Shown here in pieces: positions 13,208 through 25,370 of a DNA stretch of 64,000 nucleotides. Position 1 is the first letter of the stretch. Every line of letters starts with the position of its first letter. Position numbers and translations under genes: made by a program. The notes beneath the pieces are model-generated. The model saw nothing but the letters and a program-made list of their open reading frames with translations. It was not told the DNA's origin and ran no database searches. The DNA comes from Utricularia gibba (lineage: Eukaryota; Plantae; Magnoliophyta). The stretch is taken from NCBI GenBank assembly GCA_002189035.1, contig NEEC01000014.1, positions 1,984,001 to 2,048,000 of the forward strand. Direction: 5' to 3'.

Positions 13208-14108
13208 TCAGAAGAGGTTGCGGAACTGGTTGGTGAGAGAGTTGCGCAGATCGGAGTAGAGGCCGAAGAGTGAATACTGTCTGAGGTTAGCCACCTCGTA
13301 CCAGGAGTTGAGGACAGCATCGTTCTTGTCTGTACCAGAGAAAGCTAACTGAATGCCCAGGTCACACGTTATATTTCCTCCATTTCCTCTGCACTGAGAG
13401 CTCTGAACTGCACAATCCGTGTTGTTCAGGCAGACGAGGCCGGCACCGGAGCAGGATCCGCAACCGAACTTCTTCCAAAAGAGACTCTGCAGGGTTCCCT
13501 TTTGGAATTCAAGAACCTTCATAGGCGACAGGATTCAAATACATGAATTAGGGTTTAAACTAGAAGCACGGAAGAAGCAGAGTTCATGATGACCTGTGTA
13601 TTCTTACCAGGGTGAAACTGGTGATGATGTGGGTGTTGTCTGCGACGAATACTGGAAGCGATCGTGCAGCATATTGTCTCCCAGCGAATGCCACCATGTA
13701 TCCTCCGGCTAAGCTCTGAGAGGACCCAAAAAAAGCAAGGATCGCCAAACTGTGAAATTAATACAAGGGTGTGTTATATAAGGAACCAGGGTAGGGTGTC
13801 CTGCTGCAGACCGGATTGGAGGAGGAGCTGTTGATGGTGACCAGAGACACCTCGTCGACTCTTGGCCGGAAAACGGCAAGCTGCGCGTTGCTCTGACTCA
13901 GAGAAAGGCGGCTGTCGCACGGTGAAAGCTGAGTTTGGTTGAAGAAGAAGGAATCCCTTGATGAGAACGCAACCCCGAATGTGAAGCCATCGTTTTTCTG
14001 AACTTTTGCATCCGAACAGGGGCTGTATACAGGGTTTGTGTCACCGGCTCGAGCCCTCGCCATCATCAAGATCAGATTCAGGAACAGAAATTTGAGTACA
14101 ACCACCAT
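13208..14108 (-). CDS. Conserved plant secreted protein (Expp1-like family), 3 exons
   Basis: Signal-peptide-like N-terminus, then GDTNPVYSPCSDAKVQKNDGFTFGVAFS, QLAVFRPRVDEVSL, GGYMVAFAGRQYAARSLP, VLEFQKGTLQSLFWKKFGC, LNSWYEVANLRQYSLFGLYSDL. Confidence 0.8.
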
Positions 14109-14594
14109 CGTTTATGCCTGAAAACAGAAAAAAAATTCATAAAAAACAGAGAATTCGAACTGCACGATGGATCAGCATAATACATGGAAGACAGAGACCT
14201 TTCGACGAAACGATTCGTCATCAAAGCAAGCACATGCCCCAGATCAAAAAATTCAGACAGGATGACAAAAAACAGCCTTTACAATCAATATGAGACGAAG
14301 GTGCATGTAACTCACTGAAATCAACCGGACGTAGAGGGAAGGATCACAGAGATGAAAACCCTTTTCTCGGATTCCTCAAAATCACAAAAAAATGTCGAGA
14401 TATTGCCCAGAAACCATGGATCCTGCCTGGAGAATGACCCCCTGGAGTTGACTTCTAATCCAAGTAACTGCCCAACGATTTTTCAAACAAAGAAAGCGTG
14501 CTCTTGCATTTCTAGCCTCATCTCATCGTATATATATATATGAGCCCCCATACATTAAAATACGCGTTTCCCATGTCAACAAAAACCATTTTCG

Positions 14595-16472
14595 TTAGTC
14601 ATTTACCAGATTCACAGCTTCTTCAATATTCATAGAATCAGCTCTGGGTCGTGAAATGAACCCAAAGATTACTTCTTTAATCTCCTCGTAGTGAGGATGG
14701 TCCATCTGGCCCGCCATGAAAGTGAACATTTCCCCATTTATGTCGATCCAACTGCATCCGGGGTTCTTCTTCATATTGCTAGATTTCAAGGATTTCCTAG
14801 CCATTTTGGCACCCGCTGAGTTCCCTGCAATAGCATTCACGTTTGAGACCAACACATAGTACCCTGCATCATTAGGCTTCAACTGAAGAAGTTCATGGCA
14901 TATCTCATCTGCAAGTTCAAAGTTTTTGTGGATTCTACAAGCAGTGAGTAGAGAACAATATGCCTCAACCCCTGGCTGAAGATGCATCACTTTCATGAAC
15001 TTGTAAGCATCACATAGCAGCCCAGATCTAGCAAGGAGATCCACAACGCAGGCATAATGGTTTGAAGTTGGAGGTATTTTCCGAACTTCAATCATATGAT
15101 GAAAAATTTGGAGCCCCTCGGCAACCAAACCAGCATGGCTGCAAGCAGACAAGATTGAGATAAAGGTTAACTCATCTGGTGTCAGGCCTGAGGATTCCAT
15201 CTCGTAAAATAGTTTAATCGCATCGTTTGCGAGGCCGATCATGCCATAACCAGATATTAACGCGTTCCAGCAAGCAACATCTTTTCTTTTTATCAATTGA
15301 AAGTGTCTTCTTGCATCTACAATAGTACCACAATTCGTGTACATGTCTATAACAGCTGATCCAACAAAGACATCTGATTCTATACCCATTTTTATCACAA
15401 GGGAGTGTACCTGCTTCCCCTGACTCAAAGCCCCTGAAGAGCTGCAGCCAGAAAGAAGAGTAACCAAAGAGACAGCGTCAAGTCTAATATGGCCTCTTGC
15501 CATCATCTTTTTGAAATGTTCAACGATACTTCTCCAATCGCCGGTCTTTGTAAAGCCTCTTAACATCAGTGTCCAAGCAATCAAATCCTGGTGATTCAAC
15601 TCTTGGAATATACAATAAGCATGATCAACGAAATCACAGTCTATATACATCTCCATCAAGGCAGTTTTAGTTAACTCATCATTATCAAATCCATTTTTCG
15701 TCATCAAACCGTGAATCGCGCCTCCAACTTCCAAGTCGTTTGCTCTAACCAGACTCATTAGCGAAACGAAATCCACAGAAAGACCTTTCCTTCTCATCAG
15801 GTTGAACAACTTCAGCGCTTCTTCAGCAAGCCCATTCTCAACATAACCCGAAATGATTGAATTCCAACTGACTAGATTTCTACTGGGCATTTTGTCAAAC
15901 ATGTACCTTGCGACCCTCATACACCCACATTTTGAGTACATATCTACCAAACCTGTTTCCAACACTAAATTTACCCCAAACTCATGCCTGATCCAATAGC
16001 AATGCACAGATTTTCCCATCTCCAATCGCTTCAACCTTCCTAAAGCAGGTAAAACACTTGCAATCGTTCTCTGATTTGGCTTAATCTCTTGCATCACCAT
16101 CTCATTGAAAACTTGAATAGCTTCCAAGAAACGTCCATTTTTCCCAAGCCCAGACACTAAAATCGTCCAAGAAACCACATTTTTGTTCGGAATCAGTGAG
16201 AAAACCAACTGGGCATCATGTAGGAGTCCACAAAAGGCATAAGCATACACCAATCTATTGCAAATGAACACATTCTCACTAAGATCAGACAACACGATCT
16301 GTGAATGAACTTGCTGCAGAGGCTTCAAATCTCTAACTTTTTGCAATAATGAAGCATGCAACAATCGATTTGAACATTTTATGACCCTAAATTTACGACA
16401 ATTTCGAAGATCAATGTCAAATTTTACATTTTGCCACCTGCTACGGCTAGGCAGCGAGTGAAGATGGTTCAT
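14595..16472 (-). CDS. Pentatricopeptide repeat protein, PLS-E/E+ class without DYW (putative organellar RNA-editing factor), single exon
   Basis: Uninterrupted ORF; the first ATG is at 16472 (the ORF track starts at a GTG). Repeated PLS motifs (VVSWTILVSG, LVDMYSKCG, SWNSIISGY); E domain YVLVSNVNA...KKNPGCSWI. Confidence 0.9.
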   Translation of the reverse strand: MNHLHSLPSRSRWQNVKFDIDLRNCRKFRVIKCSNRLLHASLLQKVRDLKPLQQVHSQIVLSDLSENVFICNRLVYAYAFCGLLHDAQLVFSLIPNKNVVSWTILVSGLGKNGRFLEAIQVFNEMVMQEIKPNQRTIASVLPALGRLKRLEMGKSVHCYWIRHEFGVNLVLETGLVDMYSKCGCMRVARYMFDKMPSRNLVSWNSIISGYVENGLAEEALKLFNLMRRKGLSVDFVSLMSLVRANDLEVGGAIHGLMTKNGFDNDELTKTALMEMYIDCDFVDHAYCIFQELNHQDLIAWTLMLRGFTKTGDWRSIVEHFKKMMARGHIRLDAVSLVTLLSGCSSSGALSQGKQVHSLVIKMGIESDVFVGSAVIDMYTNCGTIVDARRHFQLIKRKDVACWNALISGYGMIGLANDAIKLFYEMESSGLTPDELTFISILSACSHAGLVAEGLQIFHHMIEVRKIPPTSNHYACVVDLLARSGLLCDAYKFMKVMHLQPGVEAYCSLLTACRIHKNFELADEICHELLQLKPNDAGYYVLVSNVNAIAGNSAGAKMARKSLKSSNMKKNPGCSWIDINGEMFTFMAGQMDHPHYEEIKEVIFGFISRPRADSMNIEEAVNLVND

Positions 16473-16607
16473 TCCCCACACCCAAAAAAAATCTATACCA
16501 AATTATAAAACCTCCTTCATGTGGCAACCGAAGTTGAGATCTTTCCAAAGAATAACAAATCTATCTATTACTACAAGCCCAAAACTCTTTTGTGTTTCCC
16601 TTCAAAC

Positions 16608-16630
<23 letters not shown>
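16608..16630. repeat. Poly(A) tract (23 nt) in the PPR/PetM divergent promoter
   Basis: Direct reading of the A run; AGCCCA site II-like motifs nearby. Confidence 0.8.
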
Positions 16631-16638
<8 letters not shown>

Positions 16639-16922
16639 TGGATAGATTTAGGCTACAAAACAGTTGATTCAGCATACTTAAGCCCAACCATTATCATCTT
16701 ATCCACTGCACGAATTACAAGCCCTTGAAGCCAACCAATTTGTCATCTCATCTCTCAGACGCCCTTTTCTTTCCTACACAAACTGTACATACTCAATCTT
16801 CTCTACCAGGTAGCTTCCAGAGGAGGAGGTTAAGAAGTTAGCGGACACAATTGTCCTAGAAATTTGTTTTGCCCATCTCGTCACCATCTTCTTCTCCACA
16901 GGTTATCAGTGATCTCTGAGCA

Positions 16923-17288
16923 ATGGCAACCGCATCAACACTTTACACCGTGGCCATCCCGCGGGCAGCCATCGTAGCCAACGGAAACCGCCCCGGGGCG
17001 ACAGCAAAAGTGAACTACATTAATGGGCTGAACTCATTTTGTGGGCTCAAGGCAGAGAATAAAGTGTCATCATTATCTTTCCCCGTTTCCACTGATCAAT
17101 GCTTTGCTAAGATTGTTAGTTTCTTGAGAGTGTCGCAGCAGGGCAAAAGGGGTGGCGCTCTTTCATCCACTTGCAACGCTGTAGCAGAGATTTTCAGGGT
17201 TGCAGCAGTCATGCCTGGTCTAGTTCTTGTCGGAGTTGCCGTTGGATTTGTACTTCTTCGACTCGAAGCATCTGTGGAGGAAGAGTGA
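16923..17288 (+). CDS. PETM: Cytochrome b6f complex subunit 7 (PetM), chloroplast precursor
   Basis: Transit peptide, [63 protein letters not shown]. Confidence 0.93.
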   Translation: MATASTLYTVAIPRAAIVANGNRPGATAKVNYINGLNSFCGLKAENKVSSLSFPVSTDQCFAKIVSFLRVSQQGKRGGALSSTCNAVAEIFRVAAVMPGLVLVGVAVGFVLLRLEASVEEE

Positions 17289-17584
17289 GTCGCTCTGGAA
17301 CTTATGTAAGCAATTTTTGGATGAATGAATCACAGTGCATTTTGCTTCATTGTCCCACTGATAAGTACCACTGATTCTGATTCATGGAATTATAAACAAA
17401 CAAACCAAATCCTTCATTGCCATGCGAGAACACTCAACAATGTGAAGTTACAAAAAGCCAAAATTGGGTTTGTTCTTAGTATATGAAAGCAGTAATGAAC
17501 CACGATGCACATGTATGTGATATCTAAACATAAAGGTGTAGAAATATAAAACGAGATTTGAGTTGATTAGCTTCACCTTGGAGG

Positions 17585-20500
17585 CTATAATGATGTACTC
17601 TGACTCTGTTCAATGCTTTCACTCCAGTCATTCATACTTATAAGATGAGCCCTCTCTTCCCACTTCAGAATATCCTGACAGTATCTTACTGCGTTATCCA
17701 CAGTGTCTGAATCCAATCCGTTCACCCGAGAAACGAACAGTTTCCGTTCTGTTAAGGAAGTGAATAGCCTTTTAAACTTGACTGCTATGTAGTGGAACGC
17801 CTTCTGTTCAGGGGAACTGTTGTTTCCGTTGGTGTTTTCAGGGTGAAGGCTGGTCGCGGGATGGAAATCCTGAAACCAATCGCATTTTTGCAAAGGGGCT
17901 TGTTGGAGCTTCTCGTGCAGCAGATCATATTTGCTGAGGATCAGAAGGAAGTTGGCTTCAGCTAGTATTGGATGTGTGACGATGGTCTCAAAGAGTTTCT
18001 TAGTTTTCATCATCTTATTCGTAAGCACTCCGTTTGCGTCTTCATAATACTCATCATAGCTTGTCAATGAAGCACAGAAGATCACTAGGACCGTGTCTTC
18101 AAAGAGCTGCAACAACTTGCACTTGTCTCCAAGACTGTTTGCCGTAACCCTTATCAGCTGGTAGCTGCATCATTAGTTGACAAAGAAATCAGGGCACCCA
18201 CAGCATAGAGAATTGATTTCTTACAAAGAAGATGATGTTCATAATCAGACCTTGGTGAAAGATGGTTCTGAACAGACTCCATGACCTCCTCGGATGGGAT
18301 TTCCAGGGAAAAATTGGCCTCTGTAACGCCATTGGAAGAAGAGATGCCTTCAGCATGCACGATATCACCTTCAGAAGGTTCGTAGTCGACCCTCGAAATT
18401 TCAATAGCCTACAGGCCAAAAGGGAAGTTAAAGGCTATGGTGAAGATGAACACCTGTCCTTCCCTTGCACGAAGTGGCGAAGAAAAATGGCTTACTTTCT
18501 CCAAGAAATAACCAGCAACTTCAGGTAACATTTGTATCTCGTGTCTCCGCCGGTAAATTTCTTGAAAATATGTGTCATTCCACAACTCCTCAACCAGAGG
18601 TGCGTACTCTCTGGTTGAAGCAGGGAATACGATCTCCAAACTGCCTGAAGACATCATTTCAGTTAGCTCACAGGAAAAAGCTTCGAGACGTGGGCTGAAT
18701 GCAAGGACCCTTTTCTCATCTTCTTTCTTGTGATTCTCAGTCCGTAAAGGAGTTTTCGAACCTAAGAGATGAGAAAGAGCAGTGATATTTTAGAGAATAA
18801 TCATAATCTCTTGCTGCAACTGAACCTGCATGTTCACCTGAGGGGTCAACATCACTGTCACTTTGCTCGCTTTCTTTTTCAAGAATCCCCCGCCCTTGCA
18901 ACAAAAGGGCAAGGTACCTGTACAGATTTCTTTGGATTATGGTTTTCATGTCCTGCTTCTCATCGTGTGTGAGGGGAACCTTGTACAGAACTCTTGCCTG
19001 AATTCAAGCCAACATATGCATTACTTGTCTTCATCTCATTATGAATGAATAAAAGAACCAAAAAAAACCTGCTTAAATATGGTAGATGTGCCAGATTGAT
19101 CATCTCCTAGTAGAAGAAGCTTATTCGGTAGCATCTGTTCCTGATTATCGCCATTAATAGTTGAATCCCTATCAGCGACTGAGCTGCTAGACTTTTTACC
19201 ATTAGACGGGTACGGCAAAGAAAGAAGCACACAAAACACTCTCATTCTTTTCTGCAAAACCGGCACTCCGATCATGATAGAGCACAACAAAGGAGATTGG
19301 GGAGATAAGTTGTGCTGCCCTTACCTTCCTCCATAAACTCCCCACAATATTGTTCATTCCTTCGTGTTTGCAGGATCCATCTTCCGTTACCCAAAAGTGA
19401 GGATTCCCTTCACAGCGGATCCCAGCAGCCTACAAGGGATCAAAAGAAAAAGTGGTGTCACAGCTCATAATCCTAAAAAAGAAGAAAAAACTAGAAGACT
19501 ATGGACCTTCAGCATGCGAATCTCGGGCTTAGTAATCTCGCGGTTATTTATTTTAACTCCTGTGTCTCCATTGCTTGCATCTTCCTTTAATGAACCCCCA
19601 ACTTCTAGCGCGCAGCTAATAATCTGGAAAGGCTTTTCTCCTTCCTGTTTCATCCAAGCAACGAAGAAGTTCATACAAAAGAGGACAGCAGAGCAAGTAG
19701 TAACAACATAGAATCCTGTAACTTTTGTTACCTTTCCCCAGAAACCACATACTTTGTCATACCAATATTTTCCTGGTTTTAGTTTCTTTGGAGGGTTGGG
19801 GCACCTCTGCAATGTACCGTACTCTTGAAGAGACAGAGGCTTACCATTTACAATGATACGTTTAGGGGATGGGCGATTTGCTTCACATGTTCTCTCAGCC
19901 TCCATGATTTGGTTAATCACTTCACGTGTTAGAAGTTTGCTCAGCATCTTGGAACATTTTCCTAGAGATTGCCTCTTCGACTCGTCAATCGGGGAGCCGA
20001 TGCAAGTAATGCACTTTCTTCCTTCTTCCATAGACCCCATTGCTCTGATAACACAATTGGCGCAGTACTTCGCTCCACACACAAGACAAGCTTCCCTCTT
20101 TGCAAACCTGCTCCTCTTTTCACACTTATGGCACATCCCTTTTCTCCCATTTTCATGAACAATAGGCCTCTCCGGTGACACCTCTGGCTCATCGTGGTAG
20201 CTGCTAGCAGAAAACGAATCACTTGAATCTATCTCATGAAAAGCCACAGATGATCTTTTAGCTTCAACCGCATGTTCTTCCTCCACTTGATTAGAATTCG
20301 AGCTTCTCGGGTTCGATGAATCACCAACTTCCGAACTTCTTGATACTGGTTCCTCTGGGGCGTCGTTAAATCCATGACTACTATTATCACTTTGATATCC
20401 ACGCAAACCAGGGGACTCAGGTATGAAGGCCCTATCAGCTGTTTGATTTTCAATTGAACAGCCATTGTTTCTCTCTACTCCCGATGATGACCCTTCCTCA

Positions 20501-20847
20501 AAAAAACGATTCTCCACGCCTACAAAATTCAAGCGTCGAGTATAACCTGAACCCAACGGCAGAACTTGGGAGGCACCCGGCGCTTCAATTAGCGGTTTCT
20601 TCAACTTACCTCCCTTGGAGGCAATAGGCTGAACAACTGGTATGTCCGACTTTATCACCAAGGCAGATCTCGCAGCCGCCTGTGCCATCGGAAGCCGGCG
20701 CACGTCCACCGGATGAATCCTAGGAATTTCAAAACTCACCGGCGGTCCTGCGTACTCACACCCTATTGAATATTCGGCGCTATAATTATCATCACCGCCA
20801 TCACCCCCAGTCCTCTCCGGCAAACGACTCCTGGGAACTCCCATCAT
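17585..20847 (-). CDS. XLG: Extra-large GTP-binding protein (XLG), multi-exon
   Basis: N-terminal EYAGPPV, Cys-rich region CLVCGAKYCANCVIRAMGSMEEGRKC..C, KPGKYWYDKVCGFWGK, G-alpha domain KLLLLGDDQSGTSTIFKQ, YAPLVEELW, LLILSKYDLL. I could splice all exons in frame. Confidence 0.92.
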
Positions 20848-21418
20848 CGTGGTGGAAATCCTCCCGATCAAACTGCTCGAAATTCAATCCTCAAAGCAAA
20901 AACACACAACTCCCAATTTCCCAAAACAATCACACAGACATTTCAACGGATGGGATCATCCTAAAAACAACCATCTGCGAAGAATCAAGGAACGCGCTTG
21001 TGGGGAAAAGGATGCGCATACTGTGATTTTCATCTTGTTTAGCGCGTGATCTAGACACTTGGTCTCTGATCAATGACGCGATGAAAGGAGCAAGGAAGAT
21101 TCAAGCTTCCTCCAGGACGTTGACTATACCTACCACAACGACTTTGACTTGCTCTTGCAACCTTTGTCTTCTACCTTTTTTTTCCAAGTAATAATAATAA
21201 CAATAAGCTTCGATGCCCGTTATATTATATTTTATTCCCACCACACAATGAAATTGTTATATTAAATAAGTTGTGGATATTTGCATAATACATAAATGAT
21301 TGTAGGAATTTGAACAAATTTAATGGCCTATAATTTAATTGTTAATTAAAAATTATTTTATATGTTTCTATTTTCTCGTATTTTTTATAATAGTATCATT
21401 TTGTGACGTGTCATTTGT

Positions 21419-22771
21419 TTATGTTCCCATTGGGCCAAACTCGGGAACCATCCAGACCTTGACGCTGCGATCGAGGCTTCCGCTGTACAGAATCCATCTC
21501 TCGTCCTGGTCAGTGGCGCCGCCGTCTTTTTCCACCGCCAGACACTTCACGGGGCCGCTGTGCCCCGAGAGTACGGACACACAAGTATGTTCGCCGGCGA
21601 GATCACGCCTCCAAATGCAAATGTTCTTATCAGCGGATCCACTCATGACTAGACTGCCCGCTGAAGCCAAACAGAGAACCGCCTGCTTGTGGCCGCGGAG
21701 CACCCCGCCGAAGGCCATGAAATGCTTTCTTCTCTCCCAGAACTTGACGAGCCCATCGGAGGACCCGACGTAGACAGAATTTCCTTTCAGGTTAGTTACC
21801 AGGGACGTCACCGCGTGGTCTTGCCTCAACATCGTCTCCACCAAAAGATGCTGAGTCGCTCTTCCTACCAATTCCCGCCGCCACGCCTTCACAGTGCCGT
21901 CGGCGGAGCCGGTGAAAACCAGACCGAATGCGATGGCGATGGAATTCACGGCGTCGTCGTGACCATGAACGGATTCAAGGCATTCGGAATTGGAAATTTT
22001 CCATACTTTCCAGGTTTTATCCCAAGATCCAGAGTACAACAAACCGAGATCTGAATCAATGCTCAAGCACGACACGGCGTCGTAATGCTTAATCCACGGA
22101 ACCATTCGTTTCCTTCCGATTACCGTGTAATTAGTTGGATTAATCGCCGTTTTCAACAAATCTCTCGTCGCCGGCAAACTTCCGACGCGTTTATGAGTGT
22201 TGTGCCGTTTACCCCCGCCGGGAAATCTCCAAACCCTAATTTTCCCATCTTGGTGACCCGTGAAAATCTTGTTCTGAAACACGCCTATGGCTTTTACCAG
22301 CCCACTCCTCGATTTAAACCCCTGAAACTCCTGAAAATTCTTCCAGATCCTGATGTTCTTGCTCTCAGATCCCGTGTACAGCAAATCACCGGCGGTGGCA
22401 AGCGAGTAAACGTGTCCTTCCTCGCGGATGAGTGATCCAATCAACCCGTTCTTCACCTCCTCTGCCTCTCCTCCGGTCTGATATATCCAAGGCGATTTCG
22501 TGTACGGCGACGACTGGTTCCACGGTGACGCCGTAAGAGGCGATGAAACGGCGGTTTCGGGATTCGAGCACGGCGTTCTTCCTCCGTCCATCAGGGGACT
22601 CCCCCTCGATATGGCAGCGTCGCTTCTCCGACGGGGATAATGGCGGTTACTGAGCAGATCTTCGTCGCTCTCCATTTCTTCATAGGTGAGAATCGCTCCG
22701 AGCTTTTTCCGGCGGCTACCACTCTTCCCCGGCAAACCTAACCCACCTCGAGACGAATTTTCAAAACCCAT
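21419..22771 (-). CDS. WD40-repeat protein, JINGUBANG-like, intronless
   Basis: ATG at 22771; LIREEGHVYSLAT.GDLLYTGSESKNIRIW, FTGHQDGKIRVW, WIKHYDAVSCLS, LYSGSLDRSVKVW. Confidence 0.87.
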   Translation of the reverse strand: MGFENSSRGGLGLPGKSGSRRKKLGAILTYEEMESDEDLLSNRHYPRRRSDAAISRGSPLMDGGRTPCSNPETAVSSPLTASPWNQSSPYTKSPWIYQTGGEAEEVKNGLIGSLIREEGHVYSLATAGDLLYTGSESKNIRIWKNFQEFQGFKSRSGLVKAIGVFQNKIFTGHQDGKIRVWRFPGGGKRHNTHKRVGSLPATRDLLKTAINPTNYTVIGRKRMVPWIKHYDAVSCLSIDSDLGLLYSGSWDKTWKVWKISNSECLESVHGHDDAVNSIAIAFGLVFTGSADGTVKAWRRELVGRATQHLLVETMLRQDHAVTSLVTNLKGNSVYVGSSDGLVKFWERRKHFMAFGGVLRGHKQAVLCLASAGSLVMSGSADKNICIWRRDLAGEHTCVSVLSGHSGPVKCLAVEKDGGATDQDERWILYSGSLDRSVKVWMVPEFGPMGT

Positions 22772-22820
22772 TGCCAAAGAAATCCCAAGTTCCAGATTCC
22801 CTCGTAGGGGCGTCCACAAC

Positions 22821-23323
22821 TTTATATATACACGCAGAGCGAGGGGGGCTTGGACGCGGCTAGCCACGTGGCAGCAGGCAAAGCGCCTAACCAACCAATA
22901 TCCTAAATATTTTACCGTACCGGATTACCAGCAGGTCGGTGTTGAATCGTGTGAACTGGCCAATGGAGAAGCACAGAAAACGTTTCCCCCCCTTCACGTG
23001 GCATAATTGGTAAATAAAAAATCACAATTCTGCTCACCAACTGATTGACTCCCCAGCCACGTGGCACACAGTTAATTTGACAAATAATATTCAGTAAAAA
23101 AATAACAAAGCCAAATTCAATTCCGCCACAAATGCCATCATCATTCCTCTCAACATTTTATTTGGCTGGAGGATTTCATTGTGGTGCTCGGGCCATGCCC
23201 CAAAGCACAAGCCAGCATTTAGATGCCATAATTGATCACACCCACGAGGGGTGGCTGGCCGGCCCCCTTTTATACATGGGACTATGATTTAGTAGCCGCA
23301 GATCATGATAATTCTGTCACGTG
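22821..23323 (-). promoter_or_regulatory. TATA box plus cluster of four G-boxes/ABREs upstream of the WD40 gene
   Basis: TATATATAAA on the minus strand at 22821-22830; GCCACGTGGC palindromes at 22863-22872 and 23056-23065; CACGTGGC at 22995-23002; CACGTG at 23318-23323. Confidence 0.65.
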
Positions 23324-23745
23324 CCTACCCTCCATTATTCTGAAGGCCATGTTAAAAGTTGATTGCAATACCGCAAACTCATAACTATTTACCGTTCGTG
23401 TTTCGTGTATGGTTGATGAATTTAGTTAGATTTAAAAATAATATTTTTTAATATATGGAATGGAAACAGTGCAGCCGCAGCACCTACTGTGTGTGCGTTG
23501 TAGCATGGAAGTGATTAAGGGAAGTAGATGAAGACATACGCGAAAAATAAATGTAGTTAGTTTGTGGTTAAGTATTGATTTACGAAGCTGCCCTTCGCTA
23601 GCATTTTGGGCCTAATAGAAAGGCCCAATTTGGAGGGGAGAAGCCCAAAGCGTTGCCGTGCCTTTCATGAAATTCTTTTTCTATATTTATAGAATATAGA
23701 GTCAATTGCAAACAATAACGGAACATAAATAGTGAAAGTGACATG

Positions 23746-25370
23746 TCACGCAGAGGACTTGGTCAACGACGTTATGGTGACGGACGAACCGAGGCCGACT
23801 CTCCCCGTTACAGCATCGAAAGTATCGTACCTCAAGAAGAACTCAACCAGCATCAATCTACAGAGGAGGACCACCAGGTCCTTCGCCGGACACTGCTTGT
23901 TCCCGGCGGACGGATTATCGACTTCCCTCCCGTTGGACCAGTAGAGGTACTCCAGAAGCTTCTCGCCGTCGCCGACGAATCGATCGGCGATGAACTCTTC
24001 GGGATCGGAAAATATGACGGGGTCCTTGACGGCGATCGGCTGGTACCCGAACAAGACCTCGCCTTTCTTCACGTGGAAGGTGTGCTCGTGGTTCCTTATC
24101 GTGAAATCGGACCTCGCCGTAGCGTACTGGTACGGCACCGGCGGCTCCATCCTCAGAGCCTCGTACACCACAGATTTCGTCAAGCTCATTTCTTCCATCG
24201 CCGCGAAAGTTACCGTCGACTGCAATAAATTCATTAGGTTAATATATAACTAATTATTTATTTATTATTATTAGTATATAAAATAAATAATTGTAGTGCA
24301 AGTGCAGGTGGATTATTGATGTTGTTTACCCCATGACGGCTGAGGGTGGTTCTGATTTCCTCGGCGAGACGGCGGTGAACGTCTTTTCCGGCGGCGGCGA
24401 CCCATTTCATCATCCCCGGGAAAACCGCCTTCATTCCGCCATAGGCGTTGAATCCGGCCATGAACACCAAGTTGTGAGCCGCTTCGTCCCGCTTCAGACC
24501 TGCTCCCTCTGCCTCGTCTAAGATATCGCCGGTGTTGTCAGTGAACACCTTGAATAACTTGTAGTAATCCCTCTTAACCAAGAAGAAAGGCAGGGGAAAT
24601 GTACGGAGAACCAAGTCTTGTAAGAAGTCGGGAACGAACTTCAAGTCCAAATTCACCAATGGCCCCAACTGTAATAACAGCCACAGATCAAATGTCTTAG
24701 GACCCTTATCTTCAATACCAGTTCCCGCCGGTTGTTTACCGGTAAGCAACCGGAAAACGAAGTCAAACGCCATTTTATCACTCCGATCGTTGAAATACGC
24801 CTTCCCCTTCTCCGAGACCTCCCCTTCGATCCCGGAGAACATTCCAGAAAGCCCTTCCCTGAACAGCGGCAGAACCTCCTTGTGCTTCTTCGCGATCAAG
24901 GAAATGAAAAAGGCCTTGAGAACTTCGTGATTCGTCTCTGCAGTATCGAGATAAGCGCAGGTCCGGTAGCCGCCGGTGAAGTCTGTGGAGGGCATGAATG
25001 TGCCGTCGAGCACATCCCTCTTCTCAACCTTCGAGTTATCAAAGAGGGTCCGGAAGCTGACGGCGTCGTTTACGCATATGACTCCGGAGTTGGCGGCGAT
25101 GAAGGGCCCCGGCGGCATGTTGCACCGGAAGACAGTTGACTTGTGCTTGAGCATTCTGGATCTGAAGAACTCCACCTCCCCTTGTCTGTAGAAGTAGTCG
25201 ATGCGGTCCTTGATCGGGCCGATGAACCGGAGGCCGTAGTCGCCGGGGATTTCGCGCAGAGGAAGCTCTGTCGGCTGGCACGCCATATGATCAGAGGGCA
25301 CTGGAGATCGTGATAATTCTGATTCGTTTCTTTCGGTGCGGGGTATGTGGACCGAGACCATGGCAGCCAT
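23746..25370 (-). CDS. CYP74C: Cytochrome P450 CYP74C-type fatty acid hydroperoxide lyase (9/13-HPL-like), 2 exons (24330-25370, 23746-24219)
   Basis: LPLREIPGDYG, TVFRCNMPPGPF, KRDVLDGTFMPS, I-helix FMAGFNAYGGMK, EALRMEPPVPYQY, heme motif NKQCPAKD. The 110-bp GT-AG intron (24220-24329) restores frame (SRHG|STVTFAAM). Confidence 0.9.

Noticed and set aside
16608-16630. Poly(A) tract as a retroposed insertion tail
   Set aside because: There is no target-site duplication or upstream SINE or retrogene body.
21339-22435. Long plus-strand ORFs antisense to the WD40 gene
   Set aside because: They are shadows of a GC-rich intronless CDS and have no recognisable motifs; the minus strand explains the sequence.
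14595-22894. Extended N-termini given by the ORF track for PPR, XLG and WD40 (and likewise ATL and PDV2)
   Set aside because: They begin at non-ATG codons or upstream of a TATA box or likely TSS; I used the first plausible in-frame ATG instead.
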